Assembly (NCBI GenBank): GCA_963803435.1
Contig: CAWDML010000001.1
Coordinates: 1,504,001-1,568,000, forward strand
Source: an uncultured delta proteobacterium
Lineage (GTDB): Bacteria; Myxococcota; Kuafuiibacteriia; Kuafuiibacteriales; Kuafuiibacteriaceae
Length of the DNA: 64,000 nt
Direction of reading: 5' to 3'
In this document: piece after piece, positions 1 through 9,983 of the stretch
Layout of the letters: each line of letters begins with the position of its first letter
How positions within the stretch are numbered: the stretch's first letter is position 1
Program-made: the position numbers and the translations under genes
The notes under the pieces: generated by a model
Database searches by the model: none
The model's input: the letters and a program-made list of their open reading frames with translations, nothing else
Told to the model about the DNA's origin: nothing

Positions 1-900
1 GACGACCGCGAGGAGCGGGACGTCGGGGCGTGGATCGAGCCCGAGCTGCTGCTGGAGGATCGATTTGCAAGTCGCCTTGCCGCTCAGATCGGTCGCATCG
101 AAGTGCGCCGGGAGGTGGCGGTCGGTGGCGGGGTTCCAGACGTCCTGGTCGATGCCGTTGAGGATGCCCACCAGGTCGGAGCCGCGCCGGCGCATCACCT
201 CGTCGAGGCCGTTGCCCCCAATCGGGCCCCGGATCTCCTGTGCGTAGGTCGGCGAGACCGTGGTCAGCATGGTCGCGTGGTAGCACCCGCCCTTGAAGAG
301 GTTGAGGTCGCCGTAGTCCTCGAGACCGTCGGCCCGATACGTGTCCCAGCCGACGCCCAGGAGATCGATGCCGGCCGCGGGGAACTTCGGCTGGTAGGCG
401 ATGTTGTGGATGGTGAGCACGGAGGCGGTGCGCTCGAAGACAGCGCCGCGCTCGGCCGTGTTGAGCATGATCGGCAGGGGCGCCGTCGGCCAGTCGTGCA
501 CGTGCACGATCTCCGGGATCCACTCCAGGTGCTTGGCGAGCTGGAGCGCACCGCGGGAGAGGAGCGCGAAGCGGGCCAGCCCCCTGAGCGTGCCGTCGTC
601 CTCGTAGATGTGGGGGCTGTCGTAGAGCGCGTCGTGCTCGAGGAAGTAGATGGGGACAGAGGAGCCGGGGAGCTCGCCCTCGAGGACGGCACACCACGCC
701 TCGGTGCCGCCCAGCGGGACACCGAGCGGGATCAGGTGATGGTCGAGATCGGCGTCGTGGATGAAGCCGTACTTGGGGATGACGACGCGGACGTCGTGGC
801 CGAGGGCCGCGAGCGCTTTGGGCAGCGACCCGACGACATCGCCGAGCCCTCCAACCTTGGCGAAGGGGACGCACTCCGCAGACGCGAAGAGAATTCTCAC
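1..900 (-). CDS. glgA: glycogen synthase (GT5), 3' end outside the window
   Basis: Manual translation from GTG at 900: MRILFASAECVPFAKVGGLGDVVGSLPKAL (KxGGL motif), later HVHDW and TIHNIAYQ. Absent from the ORF track because it runs off the edge. Confidence 0.93.
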   Translation of the reverse strand, partial: MRILFASAECVPFAKVGGLGDVVGSLPKALAALGHDVRVVIPKYGFIHDADLDHHLIPLGVPLGGTEAWCAVLEGELPGSSVPIYFLEHDALYDSPHIYEDDGTLRGLARFALLSRGALQLAKHLEWIPEIVHVHDWPTAPLPIMLNTAERGAVFERTASVLTIHNIAYQPKFPAAGIDLLGVGWDTYRADGLEDYGDLNLFKGGCYHATMLTTVSPTYAQEIRGPIGGNGLDEVMRRRGSDLVGILNGIDQDVWNPATDRHLPAHFDATDLSGKATCKSILQQQLGLDPRPDVPLLAVV

Positions 901-903
901 GGA

Positions 904-2412
904 TCAGTCGTCGAAGAACTCGCTGGTGGACTTCTCGGAGTGCGACGAACCGTCGAAGCGCAGGATGACGCCCTTGTTGTCGACCTTGGTGGCGATCCCG
1001 GCCGGTCGGCGCCAGAGCCGGTGGATGTTCTCGAGCGTGTCGCGGGCCCAGTCGGCCTGCAGGTCGATGCCGTCGTGGGCGTGGCGGAGCAGCAGCTCAC
1101 CGCGGTTCTCCCAGTTGCCGTCGACGACGTCGATGATCGGCTGCCCGAAGTTGGTGAGCGAGGTGAGGAGCTTCGCCTTGATCTGCCGGAACTCGCGCGA
1201 CTGGATCTCCCAGTTGCCGCTGTTCTTGTTGAGGCCGTAGGTGAAGAGCCGCTGCTCCCGTGCGAAGTCCTCGGTGAGAAACTCGTCGATGAAGGTGACG
1301 TCGTTGTAGAGGCGCCGGACCTCGAAGATCTTCTGCCGCCCGGCGCCGGTCTGCTTGTCCCAGCGCTTCTTGGTGGCGAAGTCGTCGCACTCGTTCCACT
1401 CCTTGCCGAACTGGCCCTTGTCCCAGCGCTCCTCGATGTTCTTGAAGAGCTCGAGGCCGAGCTTGTACGGGTTGATGCGCCCCGGTTGCATGCCCATCGT
1501 CGACGAGTGGCAGTCGGCGTAGTCCATCAGCTCGCTGTCCTTGAGCGCGCGGGTGGTCATGATCTTCGAGTGCCAGAACGAGGCCCAGCCCTCGTTCATG
1601 ATCTTGGTCTGGCCCTGAGGCGCGAAGTAGTAGGCCTCCTCGCGGGTGATGTCGAGGCAGTCCTGCTCCCAGAGATCGAGCGGCGCGTTCTCGAGGATGA
1701 ACAGGGGGACGTCGCGGAGCGGCGACTCCGGGAAGCGCTTCTTCTTCTTCTTCTCCGCCTCGATCTTCTTCTTCTCCGAGTCGATGAACTCCTTCGGGTT
1801 CATGTAGTTGCGGAGGTACGACTTCTCGGTGGGGATCAGCCGGACGGTCTTGACCTCCTCCTCGCCGCCCCCCGGCCCGAGCAGGCGCCGATCGTTGCGG
1901 GCGCGCTTCTCGAAGAGCGCGCGCTGATCGATCAGGTTCTCGATCGACAGGCAGGCGTCGAGGAAGCTCTCCACGGTGTCGACGCCGTGCCGATCCATGT
2001 AACGGCGCACCCGCGCGGCATGGTTCGCCATCTGATCCAGCATCCGGCGGTTGGTGTTGGCGAAGTAGAGGTTGTTCTTGAAGAAGTCGCAGTGCCCGTG
2101 GACGTGGGCCATCACGAGCTTCTGTTCCATGATCGAGTTCGACTCGATCAGGTACGCGTAGCAGGGGTCCGTGTTGATCACGAGCTCGTAGATCTTCGAC
2201 AGCCCGTACTCGTGGCTCTTCGAGAGCTGCTCGTACTCCATCCCGTAACGCCAGTGCGGGTAGCGGGTCGGGAAGCCGCCGTACGCGGCCACCATGTTCA
2301 TGTCATCGACGGAGACCAGCTCGAAGATCACGTCGAAGTAGTCGAGCCCGTACTCTTGAGCGTACCCGCGGATCTCCCGCTGGAGCTCGATCAGGTGAGG
2401 CGGCAGGGACAT
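904..2412 (-). CDS. spoVR: SpoVR family protein
   Basis: YGGFPTRYPHWRYGMEY, SKIYELVINTDPCYAYL, HVHGHCDFFKNN and TKIMNEGWASFWH are SpoVR/YcgB motifs. Start trimmed to MSLPPHL. Confidence 0.92.
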   Translation of the reverse strand: MSLPPHLIELQREIRGYAQEYGLDYFDVIFELVSVDDMNMVAAYGGFPTRYPHWRYGMEYEQLSKSHEYGLSKIYELVINTDPCYAYLIESNSIMEQKLVMAHVHGHCDFFKNNLYFANTNRRMLDQMANHAARVRRYMDRHGVDTVESFLDACLSIENLIDQRALFEKRARNDRRLLGPGGGEEEVKTVRLIPTEKSYLRNYMNPKEFIDSEKKKIEAEKKKKKRFPESPLRDVPLFILENAPLDLWEQDCLDITREEAYYFAPQGQTKIMNEGWASFWHSKIMTTRALKDSELMDYADCHSSTMGMQPGRINPYKLGLELFKNIEERWDKGQFGKEWNECDDFATKKRWDKQTGAGRQKIFEVRRLYNDVTFIDEFLTEDFAREQRLFTYGLNKNSGNWEIQSREFRQIKAKLLTSLTNFGQPIIDVVDGNWENRGELLLRHAHDGIDLQADWARDTLENIHRLWRRPAGIATKVDNKGVILRFDGSSHSEKSTSEFFDD

Positions 2413-2509
2413 TTCGACGATGCTAGGCAATATCCGGACGGACCGCAAAGCCAAGGCCATGATGGCGAACTTGCTTCGCCGTTGCGCGACCCGGTATAGC
2501 TCGCAGCCT

Positions 2510-2998
2510 ATGCGAGCACTCCTCGTTTTCCCGCTTCTCGCTCTGGCGCTCTTCGGCTGCCCGCCCAAGGCCGACACCAACGGCGTGAAGCAGCCGGAGC
2601 AGCCGGCCTCGGCGCCCGCCAAGACCAGCACCACCTCGATGAAGGGCGCCGATCCCTCCGACCGGGAGCAGGTGGATCCGGACGGCGTGGTGCGGCGCGG
2701 GCTGGCCCTCTCCGACGCGAAGGCGCTCTCCGTCGGCGAGGTTGTGGCGCAAAAGACCGCCCTGGCCGGAAAGGTCATCAAGGTCAACGGAGAGGTGGGC
2801 AAGGTCTGCCAAGCGATGGGCTGCTGGTTCGTGCTCAAGAGCGGCGACGACAGCATCCGCATCACCTCGAAGGATCACGGCTTCTTCGTGCCCGCCCAGT
2901 GCACAGGGATGAGCGCGACCGTGGAGGGTGACTTCGCGCTGGAGGACCAAGAGGCGTCGATCGACGCCGCGGCCGTCGAGATGAAGCGCAACGGATGA
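2510..2998 (+). CDS. DUF4920-like lipoprotein (OB-fold)
   Basis: Lipobox LALFGC; KVNGEVGKVCQAMGCW and KDHGFFVP motifs. Confidence 0.75.
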   Translation: MRALLVFPLLALALFGCPPKADTNGVKQPEQPASAPAKTSTTSMKGADPSDREQVDPDGVVRRGLALSDAKALSVGEVVAQKTALAGKVIKVNGEVGKVCQAMGCWFVLKSGDDSIRITSKDHGFFVPAQCTGMSATVEGDFALEDQEASIDAAAVEMKRNG

Positions 2999-4221
2999 AG
3001 CTGCTGCACACGGCGGATTGGCACCTCGGGCAGACGCTCCACGGTGTCTCTCGCCGGTTCGAGCATCAGCGATTCCTAAGATGGCTTCTCGGCGCGCTCG
3101 CCGACGAATCTGCAGACGCCCTGATCATCGCCGGTGACGTGTTCGACGTGGCCGGCCCGAGCTCCGACGCCCAGCAGTCCTACTACGACTTCCTGGCCGA
3201 ATGCCGGCGGCGCTTCCCCGCGCTCGACGTGGTGGTGGTGGGCGGCAATCACGACTCCCCGGCGCGGCTCGACGCGCCGGCGGACCTGCTGGGCGCACTC
3301 GGCATCACGGTGGTCGGCGGCCTGCCCGACGGCGACCTCGAGCGGCTGGTGGTGCCGCTCCACGACGCGCGCGGCGTCGCGGCGTGGTGCGTGGCGGTAC
3401 CGTTCCTGCGCCCGCGCGATCTCCCCTCCCCCGAGCGCTACGACGACGCCAGCCGCCACACGATCGAGGGACACCGCGCCCTCTATCGGCGCCTCACCGA
3501 TCTCGCCCGCGCGCGGCGGGCTCCGGGCCAGGCGATCGTGGCGACGGGTCACTGCTACATGGCGGAGGGCCTGGTCTCCGAGCTCTCGGAGCGGAAGATC
3601 CAGGTCGGGAACCAGCACGCCCTCCCCGACGACGTGTTCCCCGAGGCGCTCGCCTACGTGGCGCTGGGCCACCTCCACCGGGCGCAGCGGGTGGCCGGAC
3701 AGAACCGGATCCGCTACTCCGGCTCGCCCATCCCGCTCTCGCTCGCGGAGCGGACCTACGAGCACCAGGTCCTCGCCGTCGAGCTGGACGGCGAGCGCCT
3801 GATCGCCGCGCGACCGCTGTACGTACCGCGCGCGATCGAGATCCTCGTCATCCCCGAGCAGCACGCGCCGCTCGAGGAGGTGCTGCCGCTGCTCTCGTTC
3901 CTGCCCCGCGACGACGGCAACGCACCGGAGACGCGCCCGTTCCTCGAGGTCCGAGTGAAGGTCGAGACGGCCCATCCGCGGCTGCGGCAGGAGATCGAGG
4001 CGGCGCTCGAGGGCGCGCGGGCGCGGCTCCTCCGGATCGACGTGATGAAGCCGGAGGTCCGCCGCGAGCGTCGCGAGATCTCGCACGACCTCGACGCGAT
4101 CTCCGCCATCGACGTCTTCCGCGCGGCCCACCAGCGCCTGCGCGGATGCGAGCCGCCCGATCCGCTGCTCTCGCTGTTCCGCGAGCTGGAGGACGCCGTC
4201 GGCCGGGGTGAGGTCGCGTGA
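2995..4221 (+). CDS. sbcD: exonuclease SbcCD subunit D
   Basis: LLHTADWHLG, IAGDVFD, GGNHDS, YVALGHLH and RYSGSPIPLS metallophosphoesterase motifs. Confidence 0.95.
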   Translation: MKLLHTADWHLGQTLHGVSRRFEHQRFLRWLLGALADESADALIIAGDVFDVAGPSSDAQQSYYDFLAECRRRFPALDVVVVGGNHDSPARLDAPADLLGALGITVVGGLPDGDLERLVVPLHDARGVAAWCVAVPFLRPRDLPSPERYDDASRHTIEGHRALYRRLTDLARARRAPGQAIVATGHCYMAEGLVSELSERKIQVGNQHALPDDVFPEALAYVALGHLHRAQRVAGQNRIRYSGSPIPLSLAERTYEHQVLAVELDGERLIAARPLYVPRAIEILVIPEQHAPLEEVLPLLSFLPRDDGNAPETRPFLEVRVKVETAHPRLRQEIEAALEGARARLLRIDVMKPEVRRERREISHDLDAISAIDVFRAAHQRLRGCEPPDPLLSLFRELEDAVGRGEVA

Positions 4222-7200
4222 AGATCCTGGCGATCCGCGGAAAGAACCTGGCCAGCATCCCCGAGTTCGAGATCGATCTGTCCAGCGGGGTCCTCGCCGA
4301 AACCCGGATCTTCGCGATCACCGGTCCGACGGGCGCCGGCAAGAGCACGCTCCTCGACGCGCTCTGCCTGGGGCTGTACGACCGCGCGCCGCGCCTCTTC
4401 GGAGCGCGCGACGTCCCGGTGGGCGAGCTCGGAATCAGCGCCCTCGATCCGCGCTCGGTGATGCGGCGCGGGGCCGCCGAGGCCCACGCCGAGGTCGACT
4501 TCCTCTCCCGCGACGGCGAGCGCTTCCGGGCCATCTGGGAGGTCTGGCGCGCCCACAAGAGGAGCGACGGAAAGATCCAGAACCAGCGCATGCGACTGGT
4601 CGAGCTGGACTCGGGGCGCGACATCTCGGGCGCCACCAAGACCGAGACGCAGCGGTTGATCGAGGAGAAGGTCGGCCTCTCCTTCGGCGAGTTCCGCCGC
4701 GCGGTGCTGCTGGCGCAGGGGGACTTCGCCTCGTTCCTGCGGGCCAAGGCCGACGAGCGCGCGGAGCTCCTCGAGCGGATGACCGGGACCGAGATCTACG
4801 CTCGCCTGTCGCGGGCGGCCTTCGCGCGCGCCAGGCAGGAGGACGAGCGGCTGCAGGCGCTCGAGGCCAGGAGGGCGGCGGTCGCGGTGCTCGCGGACGA
4901 CGACGCGGCGGCGCTGCGCGAGTCGATGGAGCGGGCCCGGCTCGAGCGCGCGCGGCTGGAGGAGCGGCTCCGCGAGGTGCGGGCGGCGGAGGCCTGGCAT
5001 CGAGCGCGGCTGCAGATGATCGCGGATCGCGATCGCGCAGTGGCCGAGCTGGCCCTTGCGCGCCGGGCCTGGAGCGATGGAGAGCCGCTTCGCCTCGAGA
5101 TGGCGCGCGTCGCCGAGGCGGAGAAGCTGCGCTCGCCGATGGAGACCCTGGCGACGCTGGAGCGAGCGCGAGCGCGGGCCGACGCCACCTTCGCCGAGGC
5201 CGAGAAGAACGACGCGGAGTGTCGGCGCCACGCGTCCGACAGCTTCGTGGCGGCGACCGACGCGATCGCGGCGCAACAGCAGGTGGAGGAGGCGCGCGAC
5301 GCCGCGCAACCGGAGCTGGAGGCGGCGCAGCGTCTCGACGTTCAGATTGAGGACGCGCGCGTGCATGCAGACGAGGCGGCGACACTGGCGCTGGAGGCGA
5401 AGAAGTCGGCGCGACGTGCGGACGCGCTGCTCGAAGCGCTGCTCGACGAGCTCGAGGCGGCCGAGGAGGAGGTGCGCGCTCTCGACCGCTGGTTCGAGGC
5501 GCACGCCGATGCGCGCGTGCTGGCGGCTCAGTGGCCCCGCTGGCGCCGCGAGCTCGAGCGCTCGGCGGCGGCGGCAGCGGCGGAGGCGCAGGCCTCGGTC
5601 GAGGCGGCGGCGCTCGAGCAGGCGCGGCGGGCGGTGGAGCGGGAGGCGGGCGATCTCGCGAAGGTGCGCGCCGAGCTCGAGACCGCGCGCGCCGAGGCCA
5701 GCGGCATGATCGAGCGGGCCAAGGCGGAGCTCGAGTCGATGCGGCGCGAGGTGAAGCCGGTCGAGCTGAAGACCGCGATGGAGCGGCTCGGACTGGAACA
5801 TGCGTCGCTCGAGGCCATGCGGACGATAGCGCGGGAGACGCAGCGCCTGGCCAAGCTGAAGAGGGAGTCGAAGCGGAGCGCGAGCAGCGAGAGCGCGCTG
5901 GCCGGCGCCAGGCTCGAGGACGCGCGGGAGGGACGGGCGCGCCGAGCGGCGATCGAGCGGGAGCTCGAGGAGACGGAGGGGAGGCTCGCCAAGCTCGAGG
6001 CAGAGCTCGACCTGGCCGGGCGGCGCGCGGATCTGCTGGTGGACGGCGAGCCCTGTCCGCTCTGCGGATCGCGCTCGCACCCGGCGCGGGCGAAGGACAT
6101 GCCGGAGGTGGCCGCGCTCAACGGGCTGCGCGAGCGACAGGCGGCGCTCGAGGGCCGGCGCCGGGCCCAGGTGGAGGAGATCACCGCGGCGGACGAGGCG
6201 GCCGGCCGGCACGCCCAGGCCGCGACCGCCGCCGAGCAACGGGCGGTCGAGCTGGAGTCGGAGCTCGAGGCGAAGCGACACGAATGGATGAAGAGGCGGG
6301 AGGCGATGGAGCTGATCCGGATCGACTCTCCGGTGCTGGCCAAGCGAGGGCTCAACCGGATCGCGGTGTCGCTCCCGGAGGCGCCCAAGGCGCGGGGCGT
6401 GACGAAGGAGCTGGAGAAGGCGGCCGACCAGATGCGCGCGCACTCAGAGGCGCTCCGGGCGCTCGCGGAGAAGGACGAGCGCCTGGCCGAGGGGCTCGAG
6501 GGTGCGCGCTCGGTGCAAGACGAGTTGACACGTCGAGCCGCGCTCCTGGCGCCGAAGCTCGAAGCCGCCGACGTCGAGCACGCGCAGCTGACCCTCCGCA
6601 AAGAGGCGGCGGCGCGGGCGACGACGAGCGCCGCCGAGTCGCGGGCCGAAGCCCAGCGGGCGCTGGCCCAGCCGCTCGAGCGCCGCCCGGGCTGGCAGGA
6701 GGCGCTGGCCGCCGATCCCGAGGCCTACCTGGCCGCGCTCGAGCGCGAGGTCGAGGATTGGGAGGCGAACGTGGCCAATGCGACGGCGCAGAAGCAGCGG
6801 ATCGCCGAGCTGTCCCGGAAGACCGCGCTCGCCCACGCCGAGGCGGAGCGCGCGCGAAGAGATCGCGCGAAGGCGGACGCGACGCGGGCGGAGCGGCTGG
6901 CCAAGCAGACGGCGCTCGAGCGGCGGCGGCGGACCCTCCTGGCCGGACGGACGGTGGAGGTCGCACAGGCGGAGCTCGCGGAGCGGCTGCAGGGCGCGCT
7001 GGCCCGGGCCCACGAGGCGAAGGGCAGGCACGCGCTGGCGGGACAGTCGCTGGCAGCAGCCGAGGAGCGGCTCGAGCATGCAGAGGGCACCAGGCGAGAG
7101 GCCGCGCTGCGCGCCGGCGAGGCGACCGAACGCGTGCGCGCCGCGCTCGACGCCTCACCCTTCGCGGACCTCCCGTCGCTGGCGTCGGCGCTCGAGCGCG

Positions 7201-8000
7201 GCCCGGAGTGGCTGGCGCTCGAGCAGGCACAGCTCGCCTCCAGGAAGGAGGCGCTCACCCGGCTCGAGGCCGCGCTCGCCGAGCGACAGCGCCGGCTGGA
7301 CGTGCACGAGCGCGCCGAGCACCCCGGCGCAGATCTGGCCCAGGCGGAGGCGGAGCTCGCAGACCTCGAGCGGGCCTGCAGCGAGACCGTCGAGGAGGCT
7401 GCGCGGCTGCAGGAGAGGCTGACCTCCGACGACGCCGCGCGCCGAAGCCTGTCCGATCTCGCGCCCGCCATCGCGTCGCAGCAGTGGACGCTGGAGCAAT
7501 GGTCGGAGATCAACGCGCTGATCGGATCGTCGGACGGGAAGAAGTTCCGGACCTTCGCACAAGGCCTCACCCTCGATCTCCTCCTGCTGGCCAGCAACCA
7601 TCACCTCGAGCAGCTGCGGCCCCGGTATCGTCTCGAGCGCGTCCCCGGCTGGGACATGGAGCTTCAGGTGGTCGACGGCGACATGGGGGAAGAGGCCCGG
7701 CCGGTGGGCACGCTCTCGGGGGGAGAGTCGTTCCTGGTCTCGCTGGCGCTGGCCCTGGGCCTTTCCTCGCTCTCGTCGCGCAACGTGAAGATCGAGTCGC
7801 TGTTCATCGACGAAGGCTTCGGTCACCTCGACCGCGAGTCGCTCGACGTCGCGCTGTCGACGCTCGATCAGCTGCAGGCCGAGGGGCGGACCATCGGGCT
7901 GATCTCGCACGTACCGGACATCGCGGAGCGGATCGGATATCAGGTGCGCGTCGAGCCGAAGGGTCCCGGTCGGAGCGAGGTCCGCGTGGTGGCGCGCTGA
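4218..8000 (+). CDS. sbcC: exonuclease SbcCD subunit C (SMC-like ATPase)
   Basis: Walker A GPTGAGKS, CPLCG zinc hook, long coiled coil, LSGGESF signature and LFIDEGFG Walker B; overlaps sbcD by 4 nt. Confidence 0.95.
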   Translation: MKILAIRGKNLASIPEFEIDLSSGVLAETRIFAITGPTGAGKSTLLDALCLGLYDRAPRLFGARDVPVGELGISALDPRSVMRRGAAEAHAEVDFLSRDGERFRAIWEVWRAHKRSDGKIQNQRMRLVELDSGRDISGATKTETQRLIEEKVGLSFGEFRRAVLLAQGDFASFLRAKADERAELLERMTGTEIYARLSRAAFARARQEDERLQALEARRAAVAVLADDDAAALRESMERARLERARLEERLREVRAAEAWHRARLQMIADRDRAVAELALARRAWSDGEPLRLEMARVAEAEKLRSPMETLATLERARARADATFAEAEKNDAECRRHASDSFVAATDAIAAQQQVEEARDAAQPELEAAQRLDVQIEDARVHADEAATLALEAKKSARRADALLEALLDELEAAEEEVRALDRWFEAHADARVLAAQWPRWRRELERSAAAAAAEAQASVEAAALEQARRAVEREAGDLAKVRAELETARAEASGMIERAKAELESMRREVKPVELKTAMERLGLEHASLEAMRTIARETQRLAKLKRESKRSASSESALAGARLEDAREGRARRAAIERELEETEGRLAKLEAELDLAGRRADLLVDGEPCPLCGSRSHPARAKDMPEVAALNGLRERQAALEGRRRAQVEEITAADEAAGRHAQAATAAEQRAVELESELEAKRHEWMKRREAMELIRIDSPVLAKRGLNRIAVSLPEAPKARGVTKELEKAADQMRAHSEALRALAEKDERLAEGLEGARSVQDELTRRAALLAPKLEAADVEHAQLTLRKEAAARATTSAAESRAEAQRALAQPLERRPGWQEALAADPEAYLAALEREVEDWEANVANATAQKQRIAELSRKTALAHAEAERARRDRAKADATRAERLAKQTALERRRRTLLAGRTVEVAQAELAERLQGALARAHEAKGRHALAGQSLAAAEERLEHAEGTRREAALRAGEATERVRAALDASPFADLPSLASALERGPEWLALEQAQLASRKEALTRLEAALAERQRRLDVHERAEHPGADLAQAEAELADLERACSETVEEAARLQERLTSDDAARRSLSDLAPAIASQQWTLEQWSEINALIGSSDGKKFRTFAQGLTLDLLLLASNHHLEQLRPRYRLERVPGWDMELQVVDGDMGEEARPVGTLSGGESFLVSLALALGLSSLSSRNVKIESLFIDEGFGHLDRESLDVALSTLDQLQAEGRTIGLISHVPDIAERIGYQVRVEPKGPGRSEVRVVAR

Positions 8001-8006
8001 TCGCGC

Positions 8007-9755
8007 TTACGACTCCAGGAGCTTCCGGAGCACCGCCGCCAGCCGCTCTTGCTCGAACGGCTTCTGGAGCAACGGCGCACCGAGATCGATCCAGTCGCGC
8101 TCGAGCAACGACTCGCGCTCGTGGGCGGACATGTACGCGATCCGGATATTCGGGTTCTGGCGTCGGATCTCGGCCGCAAGATCGCGTCCCAGCTCGTGCG
8201 GCAGCATGATGTCGGTGAGCACGATTTCGATCTCGGCCACGTGCTCTTGGAAGATGCGGCGGGCGTCGGCGCCATCGGCGGCCATCAGCGTGCGATAGCC
8301 GAGGCTCTCCAGATAGAAGCCGACCGTCAGGCGCACCAGCGGATCGTCCTCCACCGCCAGCACGGTCGTCCGCCGCGGGATCGGCAGCGCAGGTCGCGGG
8401 ATCTCGCCCGTCTCCTGAACCACCGGCAGGTGAATCGTGAAGGTCGTCCCCACCCCGACCGCGCTCGAGACGTCGATCGCGCCGCCCATGCGCTTGACGA
8501 TGACCTGCGTGTTCCAGAGCCCCAGGCCGGTCCCCTTGCCCGCGTCCTTGGTGGTGAAGAACCGCTCGAAGACCCGCGTGCGCGTCGCCTCGTCCATCCC
8601 GAAGCCGGTATCGCGCACCGACAGCACCAGGTAGCGCCCCGCCGGCAGCAGTCCCAGATCCTCGCTGCGAACGATCCGCTCCTCGGTGGTGATCCGGAGG
8701 GTGCCGCCCTTCGTCATCGCATCGGCCGCGTTCGAGGCGAGGTTCAAGAGCACTTGCTCGAGCTCGCCCGCATCCGCGCAGACTCGACATCCGGTCGCGC
8801 CGGGACGGACCACCAAGGTGATGCGCTCGCCGAGCAGCGTCTCCAGAAGCGGCACGCAGTCCGTCAACAACAGATCGACGTCGAGCGCGCCGCGCTCCGG
8901 CTGGCGGCGGCGGCTGAAGTCGAGCAGGTGGCGCGTCAAGGTCCGGCCCCTCCCCGCCACGTCGACGATCCGCTTCACCAGGGCGAAGGCGGGGTGCGCC
9001 GACTCCAACCGACTCAGCGCGATGGTGGCAAAGCCCGCGACCCCCATCAGCAGGTTATTGAAGTCGTGCGCGATCCCGCTGGCCAGCGCCCCGATCGCCT
9101 CCATCTTCTGGTTCTGCTGATCCTCCGCGGTCGTACGCAGCACGCCGACGTAACCGAGGCTCGCGCCTTCGCCGATCGGCTCGACCTCGACGTGCACCGG
9201 CGGGTCCCTGTCGCTCACCGCTTCGACGGAGCGGCCCACCAGCTGCTCACGCGGACGGCCGAGCAGCGCGGCGCCGGCCTCGTTGATCGATTCGATCGCC
9301 CCCGTCGGATCCAGGATGACCAGGCCTTCGCCGGTCGCCTCCAGGAGCGCGGACTCCCTCGCCCGCAGCGCACGCAGCTCGCGCTCCCGCGATCGAACCT
9401 CTCTCAGGTCGGTCAACATGCACAGATAGCTCTGAGCGTTGTCCAGGCTCGCCTCGATCAACACGGGCGTGGGCTCCCCGTTGGGCGGCGTGACCGTGAG
9501 CTCGCAGTGCTGCTTGGAGTGAAGCTCCGCGGCTCGGTGAAGCAGGAGATCCAGGCAGTCCTCGTCCTCCGAGGAGATCATGCCGGAGAGGAGACGTCCC
9601 GCCAGCAGCGCGCGTGAGATTCCGAACAACACCTCCGCGCTCCTGTTCGCGTCGACGATTCGACCGACTTGATCGACGGTGACGAACGCGACCGGCGCCA
9701 TCTCGAAGATGTTCGTGTATCGGCTCGTCGAGGCCCCACCCAGCTCCATGTTCAT
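8007..9755 (-). CDS. PAS-PAS hybrid histidine kinase with receiver domain
   Basis: GIAHDFNNLL H-box, LNLASNA N-box, DTGFGM and GKGTGLGL G-boxes, C-terminal REC (VEDD...TDIMLP...KPF). Confidence 0.9.
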   Translation of the reverse strand: MNMELGGASTSRYTNIFEMAPVAFVTVDQVGRIVDANRSAEVLFGISRALLAGRLLSGMISSEDEDCLDLLLHRAAELHSKQHCELTVTPPNGEPTPVLIEASLDNAQSYLCMLTDLREVRSRERELRALRARESALLEATGEGLVILDPTGAIESINEAGAALLGRPREQLVGRSVEAVSDRDPPVHVEVEPIGEGASLGYVGVLRTTAEDQQNQKMEAIGALASGIAHDFNNLLMGVAGFATIALSRLESAHPAFALVKRIVDVAGRGRTLTRHLLDFSRRRQPERGALDVDLLLTDCVPLLETLLGERITLVVRPGATGCRVCADAGELEQVLLNLASNAADAMTKGGTLRITTEERIVRSEDLGLLPAGRYLVLSVRDTGFGMDEATRTRVFERFFTTKDAGKGTGLGLWNTQVIVKRMGGAIDVSSAVGVGTTFTIHLPVVQETGEIPRPALPIPRRTTVLAVEDDPLVRLTVGFYLESLGYRTLMAADGADARRIFQEHVAEIEIVLTDIMLPHELGRDLAAEIRRQNPNIRIAYMSAHERESLLERDWIDLGAPLLQKPFEQERLAAVLRKLLES

Positions 9756-9983
9756 GATGCTCTCTAGAGGCTGTACGGTCGGAGGGAGAACCGAACAAGG
9801 ACAGGATCGCCGCGCGCGGCACGATTGGCCGTCACGGCCCACGATCCGATCCATCGATCGAGCAAATGATTCGAGGCCCGCGCGCGCTCCTGTTCGCCGC
9901 GGTGACGGCGTGCGAGGACCGCGTACAGTCGGAAGAGCCTCGAGGATCTTGAACCAAGAGCGCGCTCGGAAGACGATGCATCC

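Noticed and set aside
103-2499. 798-aa plus-strand ORF
   Set aside because: Antisense shadow of glgA and spoVR; stop-poor reverse frames are expected at high GC
4800-7500. Repetitive GCGCTCGAG-rich DNA in sbcC
   Set aside because: Explained by Ala/Leu/Glu/Arg coiled-coil codons; not a DNA repeat element
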